A stretch of 64,000 nt of DNA from Cenarchaeum sp. (GTDB lineage Archaea; Thermoproteota; Nitrososphaeria; Nitrososphaerales; Nitrosopumilaceae): NCBI GenBank assembly GCA_965242695.1, contig CBDESU010000001.1:512001-576000 (forward strand), in the 5' to 3' direction. A model generated the notes under the pieces. That model saw only the letters and a list, made by a program, of their open reading frames with translations, searched no databases and had not been told where the DNA came from. The translations under genes and the position numbers were made by a program. Shown here piece after piece: positions 8,388-18,739 of this stretch; the first letter of the stretch is position 1, and each line of letters starts with the position of its first letter.

Positions 8388-9334
8388 CGGCCGGCTTTGA
8401 GCATCCGGCGGCGCTGCTTGCGCTGCTGTGCGTGCCCGCGCTGTACGTCCTGTACAGGCGCGTCCTGTCCGGGCGCAGGGCCGCGGCGATGTCGTTCAGC
8501 AGCCTCTCGCTCGTCCGCTCGGCCCTCGGCGACAAGAGGTCGAGGAGGGGATCGGCGCTGTTTGCAATGTCGCTTGCCGCGGCCTCGCTCATCGTCGTCG
8601 GGCTCGCCGGCCCCCACCTCCCGCTCGAGCAGAGCCGAGAGGGCGTCAACGTCGTGCTCGTCCTCGACGTGTCCGGCAGCATGCAGGTGGCCGACTACCC
8701 GCCGAGCCGCCTCGAGGCGGCAAAGGCATCGGCCCGGATACTCCTCGAGTCGCTCGAGCAAAAGGACCACGCGGGGATCGTCACGTTCGAGTCGGGAGCG
8801 ACCACGGCGGCGTTCCTCAGCCCCCACAAGGACCGCGTCATGGACCTGCTCGCCGGGATTGCGCCGCGCGAGGGGCAGACGGCGATAGGCGACGGCCTCG
8901 GACTCGGAGTCGAGATGGCCACGTCCATACCCAACAAGAAGAAGGTCGTCATACTGCTCAGCGACGGCGTGAGCAACGCCGGCGTCATATCGCCGGCCGA
9001 GGCCGTCGCGTTCGCCCGGGCCAACTCGATCCAGGTGCACACCGTCGGGCTCGGATCGGACGGCGATGCCATACTCGGGTACGACGTGTTCGGCAGGCCG
9101 CAGCACGCCGAGCTCGACGAGGAGACGCTGCGCGAGATCGCCGCGCGGACGGGCGGGCGGTACTTCAAGTCCGTCGACGCGCAGACGCTCAACGCGATAT
9201 ACGCCGAGATCGGCGAGGATATAGAGCGCGAGGTCGAGGAGACGGACGTGAGCAGGTGGCTGTTCGCCGCGGCCCTTGCGGTCTTTGGCGCGCAGATGTA
9301 CATGCGGTACGGCAGGGGCAGGGTAATACAGTGA
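8384..9334 (+). CDS. BatA-like VWA domain membrane protein
   Basis: FEHPAALLALL N-terminal TM, MIDAS DVSGSM, TAIGDGL, LLSDG, C-terminal TM. Start appears to be CTG. Confidence 0.88.
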   Translation: MTAGFEHPAALLALLCVPALYVLYRRVLSGRRAAAMSFSSLSLVRSALGDKRSRRGSALFAMSLAAASLIVVGLAGPHLPLEQSREGVNVVLVLDVSGSMQVADYPPSRLEAAKASARILLESLEQKDHAGIVTFESGATTAAFLSPHKDRVMDLLAGIAPREGQTAIGDGLGLGVEMATSIPNKKKVVILLSDGVSNAGVISPAEAVAFARANSIQVHTVGLGSDGDAILGYDVFGRPQHAELDEETLREIAARTGGRYFKSVDAQTLNAIYAEIGEDIEREVEETDVSRWLFAAALAVFGAQMYMRYGRGRVIQ

Positions 9335-11121
9335 GCGCGGGCGGGGCTGATCCGGGGCCGCCGCGGGCGGGCATGCGGGCCGCGTGCGTGGCCGCCGCCC
9401 TTGCGGCGGCCGCATGCATGCTCGCCGCCTCGGTCCCCGGCGCGCACGCGCAGAATGTCACATTCTCGACGGCGCAGGAAGAGTACTACTTTGCGCCGGG
9501 CGAGCGGCCGGCCATACCGCTAGACCTGAGCAACGGCCACGGCCGCCCTGTCTCGGGCATGCTGTCGTTTACGGTGGCCCAGGACGGCGGGCAGGGCGGC
9601 GTGCAGACGAGGACGATCAACGCCGGCTCGCAGCGGTTCGAGGTGCGCGAGGGCAACAACACGATAATGATCGACCTAGGGGCGGTCGCGCCTCCGGCCC
9701 GGCTAGAGGTCGACCTGTCGTTCACGTACAACGACGGGTTCGATCCGTGGACGGTCGAGATCGGGCCCATAGTGGCGCACGTCGTCGGCGACCCGTCCGA
9801 GGCCAGGAACGAGCCGAGCCCGATGAGCGCGCAGGCCCAGGCCGGAGCCGGCGGGCGGCAGGGCCAGCAGGGCCAGGGCGTCCAGCAGCAGCCGCAGGGC
9901 CAGCAGGCCCCGCAGGGCCAGGGCGGCCAGCAGCAGCCGCAGGGCCAGCAGGCCCCGCAGGGCCAGGGCGGCCCGCAGCAAGGCGGACAGGGCGGCCCGC
10001 AGGCCCCGCAGGCCCCGCAGGCTCCCGACCCGCTCAACCGCCTCCAGAACAACCAGATGGCGCAGGACAGCGGGGCGCTCAGGCGGCAGATCCAGGAGCA
10101 GCTGCAGGAGGAGGCGGACCGGCAGAACCGGTTCGCAGAGGCCCTCTCGGCCGACCCGTCGTTTGCCGAGCAGCACCGGCGCATGATCGACGACGGCTAC
10201 GAGGTCGCCGGCGGCTCGCTCGAGCCCTCGCCCGACTCGGAGGACAGCGGCGAGTTTGAGATCCAGTACCAGAGCCCCGAGAGGGGCGCCGCCTCGATCC
10301 GGGGCGCGATGGACGGCGGGGAGGTCGGCGAGATGTCCGTGGCGTCAGAGTACGCCGAACAGCGCATGCTCGATGCGCTCAGGGCCGACCCGCGCTTTGC
10401 CGAGATGTCGGCCGAGCTAGAGGCCGCCGGATACTCGCAGTCCTCGGCGCAGTTCTCGTCCGACGGAATGTCGTCGGAGGCCGTGCTAGAGTACGAAAGG
10501 GCCGCGGGGCCGGGGGCGGATCCGGGAGCCGCGGAGGGAGAGGCGGCAGCGGCGGCGGATCCCGAGCCCGACAGGGCCACGGTGCGGGCCGAGTTCAACG
10601 GCACGGACGTGGCCGCCGTCTCGCTAGAGTACGGCGAGGACGAGGAGTTCGATCCGGCCCGGGCTGTCCTTGCGGCAGCGGTGGCTGGCGGGATTGCCGC
10701 TGCCGCCTACCTGGCGCTGCGCGGCCAGGGGGCCGAGCCGGCCGCCCCGCCGCCGGCGCCGGCGGCGCGGATCCGGCGCCGCCCCGAGCCGGCCGACGAG
10801 GCGCGGCATCTCATGGGCGAGGCGAGGCGCCTGCACGCGGCGGGCGACGAAAAGGGCGCCTTTGCCTGCGCGGGGCGCGCCGTCAGGCTGCTCGTCCTGG
10901 CCGAGCTTGACATCGACAGGGAGATCACGAACGCAGAGGCCGCCGCCGCGCTGGCGGCGGCCGGCCGCGGCGCGTCCGGTGCCGACATAGGGGCATGCCT
11001 CGGGGTGGCGGGCCTTGTCGAGTTTGCCCGGATGGCCCCGGGCGGGGGGGACTTTGCCAAGATATCGTCCGCGTTCGATGCGCTGGCAGGCGGGCCCGCG
11101 CGGCGCGGGCCTAGCTCTTGA
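9331..11121 (+). CDS. Secreted or membrane-anchored protein with Gln-rich repeats (fourth gene of the moxR operon)
   Basis: GTGA overlap, signal peptide ending AHA-Q, Ig-like region, 45-nt repeat QQQPQGQQAPQGQGG (9883, 9928), late TM helix. Confidence 0.75.
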   Translation: MSAGGADPGPPRAGMRAACVAAALAAAACMLAASVPGAHAQNVTFSTAQEEYYFAPGERPAIPLDLSNGHGRPVSGMLSFTVAQDGGQGGVQTRTINAGSQRFEVREGNNTIMIDLGAVAPPARLEVDLSFTYNDGFDPWTVEIGPIVAHVVGDPSEARNEPSPMSAQAQAGAGGRQGQQGQGVQQQPQGQQAPQGQGGQQQPQGQQAPQGQGGPQQGGQGGPQAPQAPQAPDPLNRLQNNQMAQDSGALRRQIQEQLQEEADRQNRFAEALSADPSFAEQHRRMIDDGYEVAGGSLEPSPDSEDSGEFEIQYQSPERGAASIRGAMDGGEVGEMSVASEYAEQRMLDALRADPRFAEMSAELEAAGYSQSSAQFSSDGMSSEAVLEYERAAGPGADPGAAEGEAAAAADPEPDRATVRAEFNGTDVAAVSLEYGEDEEFDPARAVLAAAVAGGIAAAAYLALRGQGAEPAAPPPAPAARIRRRPEPADEARHLMGEARRLHAAGDEKGAFACAGRAVRLLVLAELDIDREITNAEAAAALAAAGRGASGADIGACLGVAGLVEFARMAPGGGDFAKISSAFDALAGGPARRGPSS

Positions 11122-11521
11122 CCCGCATGATCATCGTGCGGTCCATCACGTTCCAGTACTCTACGTTCTGGCCGTTCTCGAGCGTGCCCCTTACCGGCTC
11201 GTCGACTAGCGTGACGTCGATCGTAGCGAACGTCTCCGAGTCCATCACCTGGATGATGTCGCCGGCGATCGATATGATCTGGGCCGTCCTCTTGTCTATG
11301 AGCGGGACATGGACCTGCATGCTCACGGGCCCCACGTGCGGGCGCTTTTGCCCGTCGAACACGCCGACGCCGACGATGCGGGCCTTGGCCGCGCCGTGCT
11401 TGCCGGGCTTGCTCGTCCCGTACTCGACGATGCGGCACGGCTCGCCGGTCGGCTGGTCCCCCACGGGAAGCAGTATGTACGATCCGACCTTTAGCGATCC
11501 GAGGTCTGCCGGCTTGCTCAC
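11111..11521 (-). CDS. eif5a: Translation factor aIF-5A
   Basis: Hypusine motif SKPGKHGAAKAR; GTG start at 11521 with a TTAAATAA box about 25 nt upstream. Confidence 0.96.
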   Translation of the reverse strand: MSKPADLGSLKVGSYILLPVGDQPTGEPCRIVEYGTSKPGKHGAAKARIVGVGVFDGQKRPHVGPVSMQVHVPLIDKRTAQIISIAGDIIQVMDSETFATIDVTLVDEPVRGTLENGQNVEYWNVMDRTMIMRVKS

Positions 11522-12898
11522 GGCGCGCGCCCTGCCGTGCATTATTTAACCATTGACGGGCGCGCGCCCTGCGCGCGCGCAAAAGGGCACATGTCTAGGT
11601 CTCCGGGTTACCCTCCCCCCGCCCCTGTTCGGCAGCGCCCTGCGCGGCTACGACGGCCTCCGCCTTGGCTCGCACAGGGTCCCTGGCCGTCAAGCCCAGG
11701 CACCCCTTGGCCGGCGATTACCGCCGCGGGCATCCATGGATCGGGTAGCGGCGCCGGGGGCGCCGCGTCGGATGCGGGGGCCGGATGCGGCGCGACATCC
11801 TGCAGGCAGGCGCACTGGAAGCGCCCGTTTTTGTCGCGCCCGTGCCGGGTGCCAAAGCGCGGGCAGACGTGCCGACGCCCCATGGAGGCTTGGTGCCACT
11901 CTTCCTCCCCCGCCGCGCAGCCTTTGGCAAGATACGGCCTGTTTGTCAACACTTCCCGACGCTAGGGGGCAGACCTGGGATGCGGGATGTGCCGCCGACC
12001 AGACAATGGCGGCGCGTCCATTGCGCCCGCGCAGACTCGCAAAGGGCGCCATCAGGCCCCGCATGCGCAGGCGGGGTCCCAAAGGAGCCGCAGGAGAGGA
12101 GGCGGGGGAAGCGGCGCCCTCAGCACAGGTCGCGGACGCCGTGGGCCCCGCGACGGCAGGGGCGGGGCCGCAGCCGCGCGGCCGCGAGGGCGTGATCAGG
12201 GCGCCGAGGATGCAGAACACGGCGCTGCGGCACGCGCTGGTCGATACGCTGTCCGAAAAGGATGCATGCCGCGGCCAGGATCGGGTGCAAGCCCGCCATA
12301 CTCCACCTCTGCAAGGCGTCGGAATGGGCCCGCAAGGCAGTCGGGGGCACCGTGGCGGCCAACCCGTCTGCGGCGCGCCTCGACGGCGGCTGCAACGGCG
12401 GCGGGGCCCATGAAGGCATCTTGCCGCGCTGCCAGGATCGATCCCGGACGCGCCAGGGCCCGTGCACGGCCAGAGCCGCAGCGGTCCTACGTCCCCGCCC
12501 GCCTGCTCCGCCCCCCCCCCTTCCGGCTGTGCACCCGGGAGGCGGCACGTCGTCTGTGCCGTGCCCCCACCCCCTCCGCGCCGCCTGCGCTCCGCGCCGC
12601 CTTGGCGGCTCTGTGCCATGCCCCGACGCGAGTCGCAAGCCGCATCGGCCGAACATGCCTTACGCCTGTCGTCACGGACCTGCGGTTTGGAGGCCTAGAT
12701 GTGTGCCGTCCGGCAGCCCCTCGCCCTGCCGCGCCTCACTAAAATACGCCCGCTCCCGCCGGGGGCGCGGATGCCGATGATGAGCGGAAAAGCCATCGGA
12801 GCGGTGACGACGATTATGAGTTATGAGGCGTCCACTACGGCTGCCCCGCGGCCGCGCCGGCCGCACGAGATATTTGCCGCCGCGTGCCGCAGCCGGCA

Positions 12899-13702
12899 GT
12901 GAGGGTCGCGGCGCTGTTCTCGGGCGGAAAGGACAGCGCGTACGCTGCGATGAGGGCCGTCGATGCCGGCCATGCGCTGGCATGCCTCGTGACGGTCGAG
13001 CCGCCCTCGCCGGCAAGCGAGCTGCTCCACTACCCGTGCGCCCGCGCCACGGCGCTCCAGGCCGAGTCGATGGGCGTCCCGCACGTGCTGAGGCGCGCCG
13101 GTACGGACGGCACGGCCGGCCAGCGCGACGCCGTGGCGTCGGCCCTGTCCGAGGCGGCCCGCATGCACGGCGCGGCGGGGGCCGTCCACGGCGGCCTGCG
13201 CAGCGGGTACCAGAGGCGGGAGTTCGGGCGCGCCTGCGCCGCGGCGGGCCTCGAGCCGATCGCGCCCGTGTGGGCGGGGAGGGGCGGGGCGGGCCTGCCC
13301 GCGCAGGTGTCCTACGTAAGGCGCCTGCTTGCCGCCGGCGTGAGGTTTGTCGTGACTGCCGTGAGCGCCGGCGGGCTCGGGGCCGACTGGCTCGGCCGCG
13401 CCATCGACGGAGATGCAGTCGACGAGCTGGCCGCCCTGTCGCGCAGGCACGGGCTCGGCGCAGACTTTGAGGGGGGCGAGGCCGAGACGCTCGCGACCGA
13501 CTGCCCGCTGTTCTCGCGCCCCCTCGAGATCGTCCGGTCGGGCGCGCGCTGGGACGGGTGCCGCGGCGAGCTTGACATAATAGAGGCGCGCCTGGGGCCG
13601 CGGCATGCTAGGCGATCTGCGCACCAACCTGCGTTCGGCCATAAAGAAGATCGTCAGCTCGTCGGGCGTCGACAAGGATCTTGTGGAGGCGCTCGCGCTT
13701 GA
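12899..13702 (+). CDS. dph6: Diphthine-ammonia ligase (PP-loop)
   Basis: ALFSGGKDS, LLHYP, FEGGEAETLATDCPLF. The ORF runs about 98 nt into SRP54. Confidence 0.85.
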   Translation: MRVAALFSGGKDSAYAAMRAVDAGHALACLVTVEPPSPASELLHYPCARATALQAESMGVPHVLRRAGTDGTAGQRDAVASALSEAARMHGAAGAVHGGLRSGYQRREFGRACAAAGLEPIAPVWAGRGGAGLPAQVSYVRRLLAAGVRFVVTAVSAGGLGADWLGRAIDGDAVDELAALSRRHGLGADFEGGEAETLATDCPLFSRPLEIVRSGARWDGCRGELDIIEARLGPRHARRSAHQPAFGHKEDRQLVGRRQGSCGGARA

Positions 13703-14927
13703 CATGCAGCGCGCCCTGCTGTACGCCGACGTCGATGCGCGCCTGGTGCAGGAGATATCGTCGCGAATAAAGGAGAGGGCACTCGGCGAGTCTCCCCCGC
13801 CCGGCCTGTCGCGCAAGGACCACATCGTAAAGATCGTGTACGGGGAGATGGCAAGGCTGCTCGGCGAGGGGGCCGGCGGGTTCGAGTTCCGGCCGGGAAA
13901 GCCCAACCGCGTCCTCATGCTCGGCATACAGGGAAGCGGCAAGACCACGGTGACGTCAAAGCTTGCGCTGCTGCTCACCAGGCAGGGGTACAAGACGGGG
14001 GTGATCGGCGCCGACACGTACAGGCCGGGGGCGCTCGTCCAGCTGCGGACCATGTGCGAGAGGGCCGGAGTCGAGGTGTACGGCGAGGACGGGTCGGACG
14101 ACCCGGCGGATGTCGTCAAGCGCGGGCTCAAGAGGCTCGGCGCCCTGGACGTGATCCTCATAGACACGGCGGGCCGCCACAAGGAGGACGCGGGGCTCCT
14201 CGAGGAGATGCGCCGGATCGGCGCGGCCGCCGAGCCGGACCTGGCGCTCCTCGTCATCGACGGGACGATCGGCAGGCGGTGCTTTGCGCAGGCCGAGGCG
14301 TTCCACAAGACGGTCGCAGTAGGGGGCATCGTCGTGACAAAGCTCGACAGCTCGGCAAAGGGCGGCGGCGCCCTGGCCGCCTCGGCGGCCACCGGCGCGC
14401 GCGTGATGTACATCGGGACCGGCGAGCGCATCGACGACATCGAGCAGTTCTCGCCTACGCGGTTCGTCGGGAGGCTGCTCGGCATGGGCGACATACAGGC
14501 AGTCCTCGACCTTGCAAGGCGCCTGGAGAGCGAGAGCGACGAGGTCCGGCTCAGGAGGATCGCAAGCGGCAAGATGAACATGGACGACTTTTACATGCAG
14601 CTCGAGCAGGTCGGGCAGACGGGATCGCTGCGCGGCGTGTTCGACAGCATGCCGGGCATGGCAGGCGCCATCAACGAGGACCAGCTCGAAAAGATAGAGG
14701 GCAAGATGGGCGGGTGGCGGCACATCATACAGAGCATGAACGGCGACGAAAAGGCCGACCCGGACCTGATCAACGCGTCGAGGACTACTAGGATAGCGCG
14801 CGGGTCGGGCCACCCCGAGCACGACGTAAAGGAGCTGCTAAAGGGGTACCGAAACTCAAAGGGGATGATAAAGGCCTCAAAGGGGCGCAACATGAAGGGC
14901 GCGCTGCGCCGGCTCGGGCTCGGGTAG
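13605..14927 (+). CDS. ffh: Signal recognition particle protein SRP54
   Basis: GIQGSGKTT, DTYRPGA, DTAGRH, TKLDSSAKGGGA, M-domain RIARGSG. Confidence 0.96.
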   Translation: MLGDLRTNLRSAIKKIVSSSGVDKDLVEALALDMQRALLYADVDARLVQEISSRIKERALGESPPPGLSRKDHIVKIVYGEMARLLGEGAGGFEFRPGKPNRVLMLGIQGSGKTTVTSKLALLLTRQGYKTGVIGADTYRPGALVQLRTMCERAGVEVYGEDGSDDPADVVKRGLKRLGALDVILIDTAGRHKEDAGLLEEMRRIGAAAEPDLALLVIDGTIGRRCFAQAEAFHKTVAVGGIVVTKLDSSAKGGGALAASAATGARVMYIGTGERIDDIEQFSPTRFVGRLLGMGDIQAVLDLARRLESESDEVRLRRIASGKMNMDDFYMQLEQVGQTGSLRGVFDSMPGMAGAINEDQLEKIEGKMGGWRHIIQSMNGDEKADPDLINASRTTRIARGSGHPEHDVKELLKGYRNSKGMIKASKGRNMKGALRRLGLG

Positions 14928-15032
14928 CGGGGGCTGCGGGACGGCGGCCCCCCGCACCCGTACCCGCCGCCGCGGGCCTCCGGCGGCATCCCGCTTCGAA
15001 CGCCTATTAACGCAGCCGCCCGCGGCCGCGCC

Positions 15033-16256
15033 ATGGGACGGGATGCAGTGCTCGGCAGGGCCGCCGCCGGCGCGGCCGGAATCCTTGCCGAGTACGCGCT
15101 GTGCGATGCGTGCCTGGGCCGCATGTACGCGCGGCGCCTGCGCCTGCGCTCGCCGGAGAGGCTCGGGCGAAGGCTGAGGGGGATGGCGCCGCAGCGCGCC
15201 GCCGCCTCCGGCGCCGCCGCCGCCTCCGGCGACGCGGCCTGCTACGTCTGCCGCGGCCTGCTCGCATCGCTCGGGCCCTACGCGGAGCGCATGGCCGCCA
15301 GGGCGGCGGCGTACGAGTTTTCCGCCGCGATGGTCGGCGTGACGCCGCGCCCGTCGATGGTCGAGCGCGACGACGAGGTCCGCTCGCGGTTCGGCCTGGC
15401 CGGCGCGCCGCCCCTGCGCGCCGCCCTGTCGGCCGCCCTGTCGGACGCGCTGGCGGGCATGGCCGGCTGCCGGATCGACCGAGCCAGGCCCGACCTGGTG
15501 CTGACGGTGAACCTGCGCGCGGATACGGTCGAGGCCCGCTCGCGCGCCGTCGTCGTGCGCGGCAGGTACACAAAGTCCGCCCGCGGCCTGCCGCAAAAGC
15601 AGGGGCCGTGCGGGCGGTGCGCCGGGCGCGGGTGCGGCGGGTGCGGATTCGCCGGGATACGGAGCGGGGGGCGCGGCAGCGTCGAGGCGCTCCTGTCGGG
15701 GTTTTTGTGCGGCGCGCTCGGCGCGCGCCGCGCAAGGATGACGTGGGTCGGGGGCGAGGGCATGGACAGCCTCGTGTCGGGATCGGGGCGCCCCTTCTAC
15801 GCGAGCATTGCGGATCCCGCGCGGCGGGGCTCGGCGCTGCCGCGTACAGCGGACCTCGGGCCGGTGGCAGTGCGCGGCCTAGAAGAGGCCGCCTCGGTGC
15901 CGGGCGCCCCCGTGGCATTCTCGACCGTGCTGGAGATGTCGCTGCGCGCGCCCCGGCCCGTCTCGGACGCCGAGATCGGGTCGATCGAGTCGGCCATGGG
16001 GGCCGGCAACGCGGCGGTGTACGGGGGTGCCGGCGGGGGCCGCTTGGAGCGGGCGCTCGGGCCCGCCAAGTGCCGCCGAGAGTCGCCCGACTCGTTTGCG
16101 CTCAGGGTAGAGGCCGAGGGCGGCATCCCGCTGCGCGAGCTTGCCGCCGGCGAGGCGGTCTTTCCGAACGCGTCGGCCGTGCTCGGCGCCGAGTGTAGGA
16201 TAGAGCGCCTTGACATACTCGGCGTCGCGGTGCGGGGCGGGAGTCGGGAAAAGTGA
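15033..16256 (+). CDS. pus10: Pus10-like tRNA pseudouridine synthase (degenerate active-site motif)
   Basis: LCDACLGR Zn motif, GRYTKSARGLPQ, GSGRPF, AEGG; located after ffh. Confidence 0.8.
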   Translation: MGRDAVLGRAAAGAAGILAEYALCDACLGRMYARRLRLRSPERLGRRLRGMAPQRAAASGAAAASGDAACYVCRGLLASLGPYAERMAARAAAYEFSAAMVGVTPRPSMVERDDEVRSRFGLAGAPPLRAALSAALSDALAGMAGCRIDRARPDLVLTVNLRADTVEARSRAVVVRGRYTKSARGLPQKQGPCGRCAGRGCGGCGFAGIRSGGRGSVEALLSGFLCGALGARRARMTWVGGEGMDSLVSGSGRPFYASIADPARRGSALPRTADLGPVAVRGLEEAASVPGAPVAFSTVLEMSLRAPRPVSDAEIGSIESAMGAGNAAVYGGAGGGRLERALGPAKCRRESPDSFALRVEAEGGIPLRELAAGEAVFPNASAVLGAECRIERLDILGVAVRGGSREK

Positions 16257-16373
16257 TGCGGCCGTGCCGTGCCCGCCTGATCCTCATCCGCGCCCCTGAT
16301 CGGGGCTCGCCCCTCCCCTGACCCCCGCAAGGCCTTCTTATAACTATAGATAGTCGTCATATTCGGCACTTTT

Positions 16374-18236
16374 ATGGGCCATTGGAAAGGCAGGTATCCG
16401 TTCACGCGAGAGCTGGCCACGCAGAGCATGCTCGGCGTGTTCGTCCGGGTGGCCCTGATCAAGGCGGCGAGGGGGACCGCCGACGAGATGGCCCAAATTG
16501 GGGCGATCACGCAGAGCGTGACCGCCCTAGAGCAGTTCGTCAGGCTGTTCCTAGAGGTCGACATCGACGAAAAGTCGGGCGGGCGGCAAACCGTCCTAGA
16601 GTCTGTAGAGGGGATTCGAAGGGCCGTCGCCATGAGCGTATCCAGGATGGAGGCGTCCCTCCAGACCTTTCAGAGCCGGGACTCGCTCAAGAGGGTGGCC
16701 AGGCAGCGCGGCATATGGGCGCTGTCCGAGTGCATCGAGGCGCACGGCGAGAGGCTCGGCCACCTGTACAGGGCGCGGAACGTCCTTACGCATACGGTGC
16801 ACGTTGCAAGGTACACCGTGGCCGAGGCGCACGAGATCGTCGAGGCCATAATACTCGCATCCATTGCGGCGCGCCCGCAGTACATGGCCGCATTCCTGCT
16901 GGCCGAGGCGCATGTCATGTCTGCGGTCGGCCGCCACCGGGATGCGCGCAGCGCGTACCGCCGGGTCCTCAGCCTGTGCAGGCGCCTCGTGGCCGCCGGG
17001 GAGCGGGATGCGTGGGTGCAGGTGTGCATGGGGCATGCGCTCGCGCGGCTCGGCCGCGCCGCCGAGGCTAGGGCATGCTACGAGAGGGCCGTAGGCTCCG
17101 ACGACTCGTACGCCCTGGCGTACCTTGAGATGGGCCACCTGGAGATGCGGGCCGGCCGATACGGCGCGGCCCTTGCAATGTACAGAAAGGCCGTCGAGGC
17201 GGACCCCCGCTATGCGCCGGCCCGCCTTGCAAGGGGCCACGCCCTGGGCGTGGTGCGGGACAAGGACCTGGATGCGCTGGCCGTAGAGTGCTACGAGGGC
17301 GCGCTTCTCTTGGACACCGAGGAAATGTCGGCGTACACGGGATGCGGCTTTGCCCTGTCCATGATGGGCCGGTACGCGGAGGCCGCAAGGTGGTACCGCA
17401 GGGCGATCGGGATGGATCCGGACGATGCGGCCGGCCGCACGGGCCTTGCGGGATCGCTTGCCCGGGCGGGGCGCTACGCGGATGCGATTGCAGAGTACCG
17501 CGCGGCAGTCCGCATTGCGGACGAGGATATTGTCGGCGCGGTGGGGCGTGCGGGAACGCGCGCGGGCGGAAGGCGCGGCGGCGGCGCCGCTGCCGGCGGC
17601 ATTGCGCGCAGCCTGGGATCGGAAGCGGCGCACGCTGGGCTCGGCGATGCACTGCTCAAGTTCGGCCGCGCCGGCGAGGCCCTGCCGGCGTACCGCGCCG
17701 CCGTAAAGCTCGACGCCCGCAGCGCAAGGGCCAACCTCGGGCTGGCAAACGCCCTGCTCAAGATCGGCCGCGCCGGCGAGGCCCTGCCGGCGTACCGCGC
17801 CGCCGTAAAGCTCGACGCCCGCGGCGCGCCGGCATGGCTCGGGCTGGCAAACGCCCTGCTCGAGATCGGCCGCGCCGGCGAGGCCCTGCCGGCGTACCGC
17901 GCCGCCGTAAAGCTCGACGCCCACAGCGCAAGGGCCCACCTTGGGCTGGCGGATACACTGCTCCGGATCGGCCGCGCCGGCGAGGCCCTGCCGGCGTACC
18001 GCGCCGCCGTAAAGCTCGACGCCCGCAGCGCGCCGGCATGGCTCGGGCTGGCAAACGCCCTGCTCGAGATCGGCCGCGCCGGCGAGGCCCTGCCGGCGTA
18101 CCGCGCCGCCGTAAAGCTCGACGCCCGCAGCGCGCCGGCATGGCGAGGGCTGGCCAAGGCGCTGGACATGAGCGGCAGGGGCGAAGAGGCCGGCGAGGTC
18201 CGCCGCAGGGCGGCGGAACTTGAGGCCCGCAAATAA
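16374..18236 (+). CDS. HEPN-like domain plus TPR repeats (full-length fusion)
   Basis: TALEQFVR...TFQS...RNVLTH (R-x4-H), divergent TPRs, Gly-rich linker, then near-identical TPRs. TATA box cttataa at about 16337. Confidence 0.8.
   Translation: MGHWKGRYPFTRELATQSMLGVFVRVALIKAARGTADEMAQIGAITQSVTALEQFVRLFLEVDIDEKSGGRQTVLESVEGIRRAVAMSVSRMEASLQTFQSRDSLKRVARQRGIWALSECIEAHGERLGHLYRARNVLTHTVHVARYTVAEAHEIVEAIILASIAARPQYMAAFLLAEAHVMSAVGRHRDARSAYRRVLSLCRRLVAAGERDAWVQVCMGHALARLGRAAEARACYERAVGSDDSYALAYLEMGHLEMRAGRYGAALAMYRKAVEADPRYAPARLARGHALGVVRDKDLDALAVECYEGALLLDTEEMSAYTGCGFALSMMGRYAEAARWYRRAIGMDPDDAAGRTGLAGSLARAGRYADAIAEYRAAVRIADEDIVGAVGRAGTRAGGRRGGGAAAGGIARSLGSEAAHAGLGDALLKFGRAGEALPAYRAAVKLDARSARANLGLANALLKIGRAGEALPAYRAAVKLDARGAPAWLGLANALLEIGRAGEALPAYRAAVKLDAHSARAHLGLADTLLRIGRAGEALPAYRAAVKLDARSAPAWLGLANALLEIGRAGEALPAYRAAVKLDARSAPAWRGLAKALDMSGRGEEAGEVRRRAAELEARK
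17640..18160. repeat. Five near-identical 102-nt TPR units
   Basis: ggccgcgccggcgaggccctgccggcgtaccgcgccgccgtaaagctcgacgccc recurs every 102 nt. Confidence 0.95.
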
Positions 18237-18322
18237 TGCCATACACCGATCCGCCAAGCGGCGAACCGCCCGCCGTGCGTGCAAAAGCGGCGGTTGTAAC
18301 TGTCGGGCGCCCTGACGCAGTC

Positions 18323-18739
18323 CTATGCCAGTTGAAGCCCGTACGCGCGAATCAGGTCCCTCGGGATGCCGACGCGACTGTTGTAGTCGATGCGCTCGTT
18401 TATGCACTCATTTATGCGCTCGTTTGTACTCTCCCTGATCCTGGCATTGCGGTCTCTGATGATCTCCTCCGCCATCTTCCTGTCCATCCTTGCCGCCACG
18501 TCCGGCTCTGCGTTCTCTTGGTACGCGGCGAGCACGCGGTCGATCTCGGCCGGGGTTACCACGTCCAGGCTGCTGCGCTCCCGCACGGCGCCGTCCTGCG
18601 CCTGCCGGGAGGCCATCTGCCGCTGCGCCCGGCCGCTGCGCCTCTGCCCAGCGGACGACGCCCCTGCCGCCGCGGCAGTCTGCCTTGCGGCATTCCTGCG
18701 GCGGCCCGACCTGGATTGCCTCTGCCCCGCCATCGCCAT
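18323..18739 (-). CDS. Hypothetical small protein, paralog of 197-625
   Basis: Start MAMAG; promoter gaatggttatatg versus gaatgcttatatg in the paralog; conserved C-terminus IDYNSRVGIPRDLIRAYGL. Confidence 0.7.
   Translation of the reverse strand: MAMAGQRQSRSGRRRNAARQTAAAAGASSAGQRRSGRAQRQMASRQAQDGAVRERSSLDVVTPAEIDRVLAAYQENAEPDVAARMDRKMAEEIIRDRNARIRESTNERINECINERIDYNSRVGIPRDLIRAYGLQLA

Noticed and set aside
11550-12880. SRP RNA or RNase P RNA near SRP54
   Set aside because: I could not find the SRP helix-8 motif or the RNase P GAGGAAAGUCC motif on either strand by eye.
13605-13702. dph6/ffh 98-nt overlap as a functional dual-coding region
   Set aside because: More simply a lost stop codon; the extension has no recognisable features.
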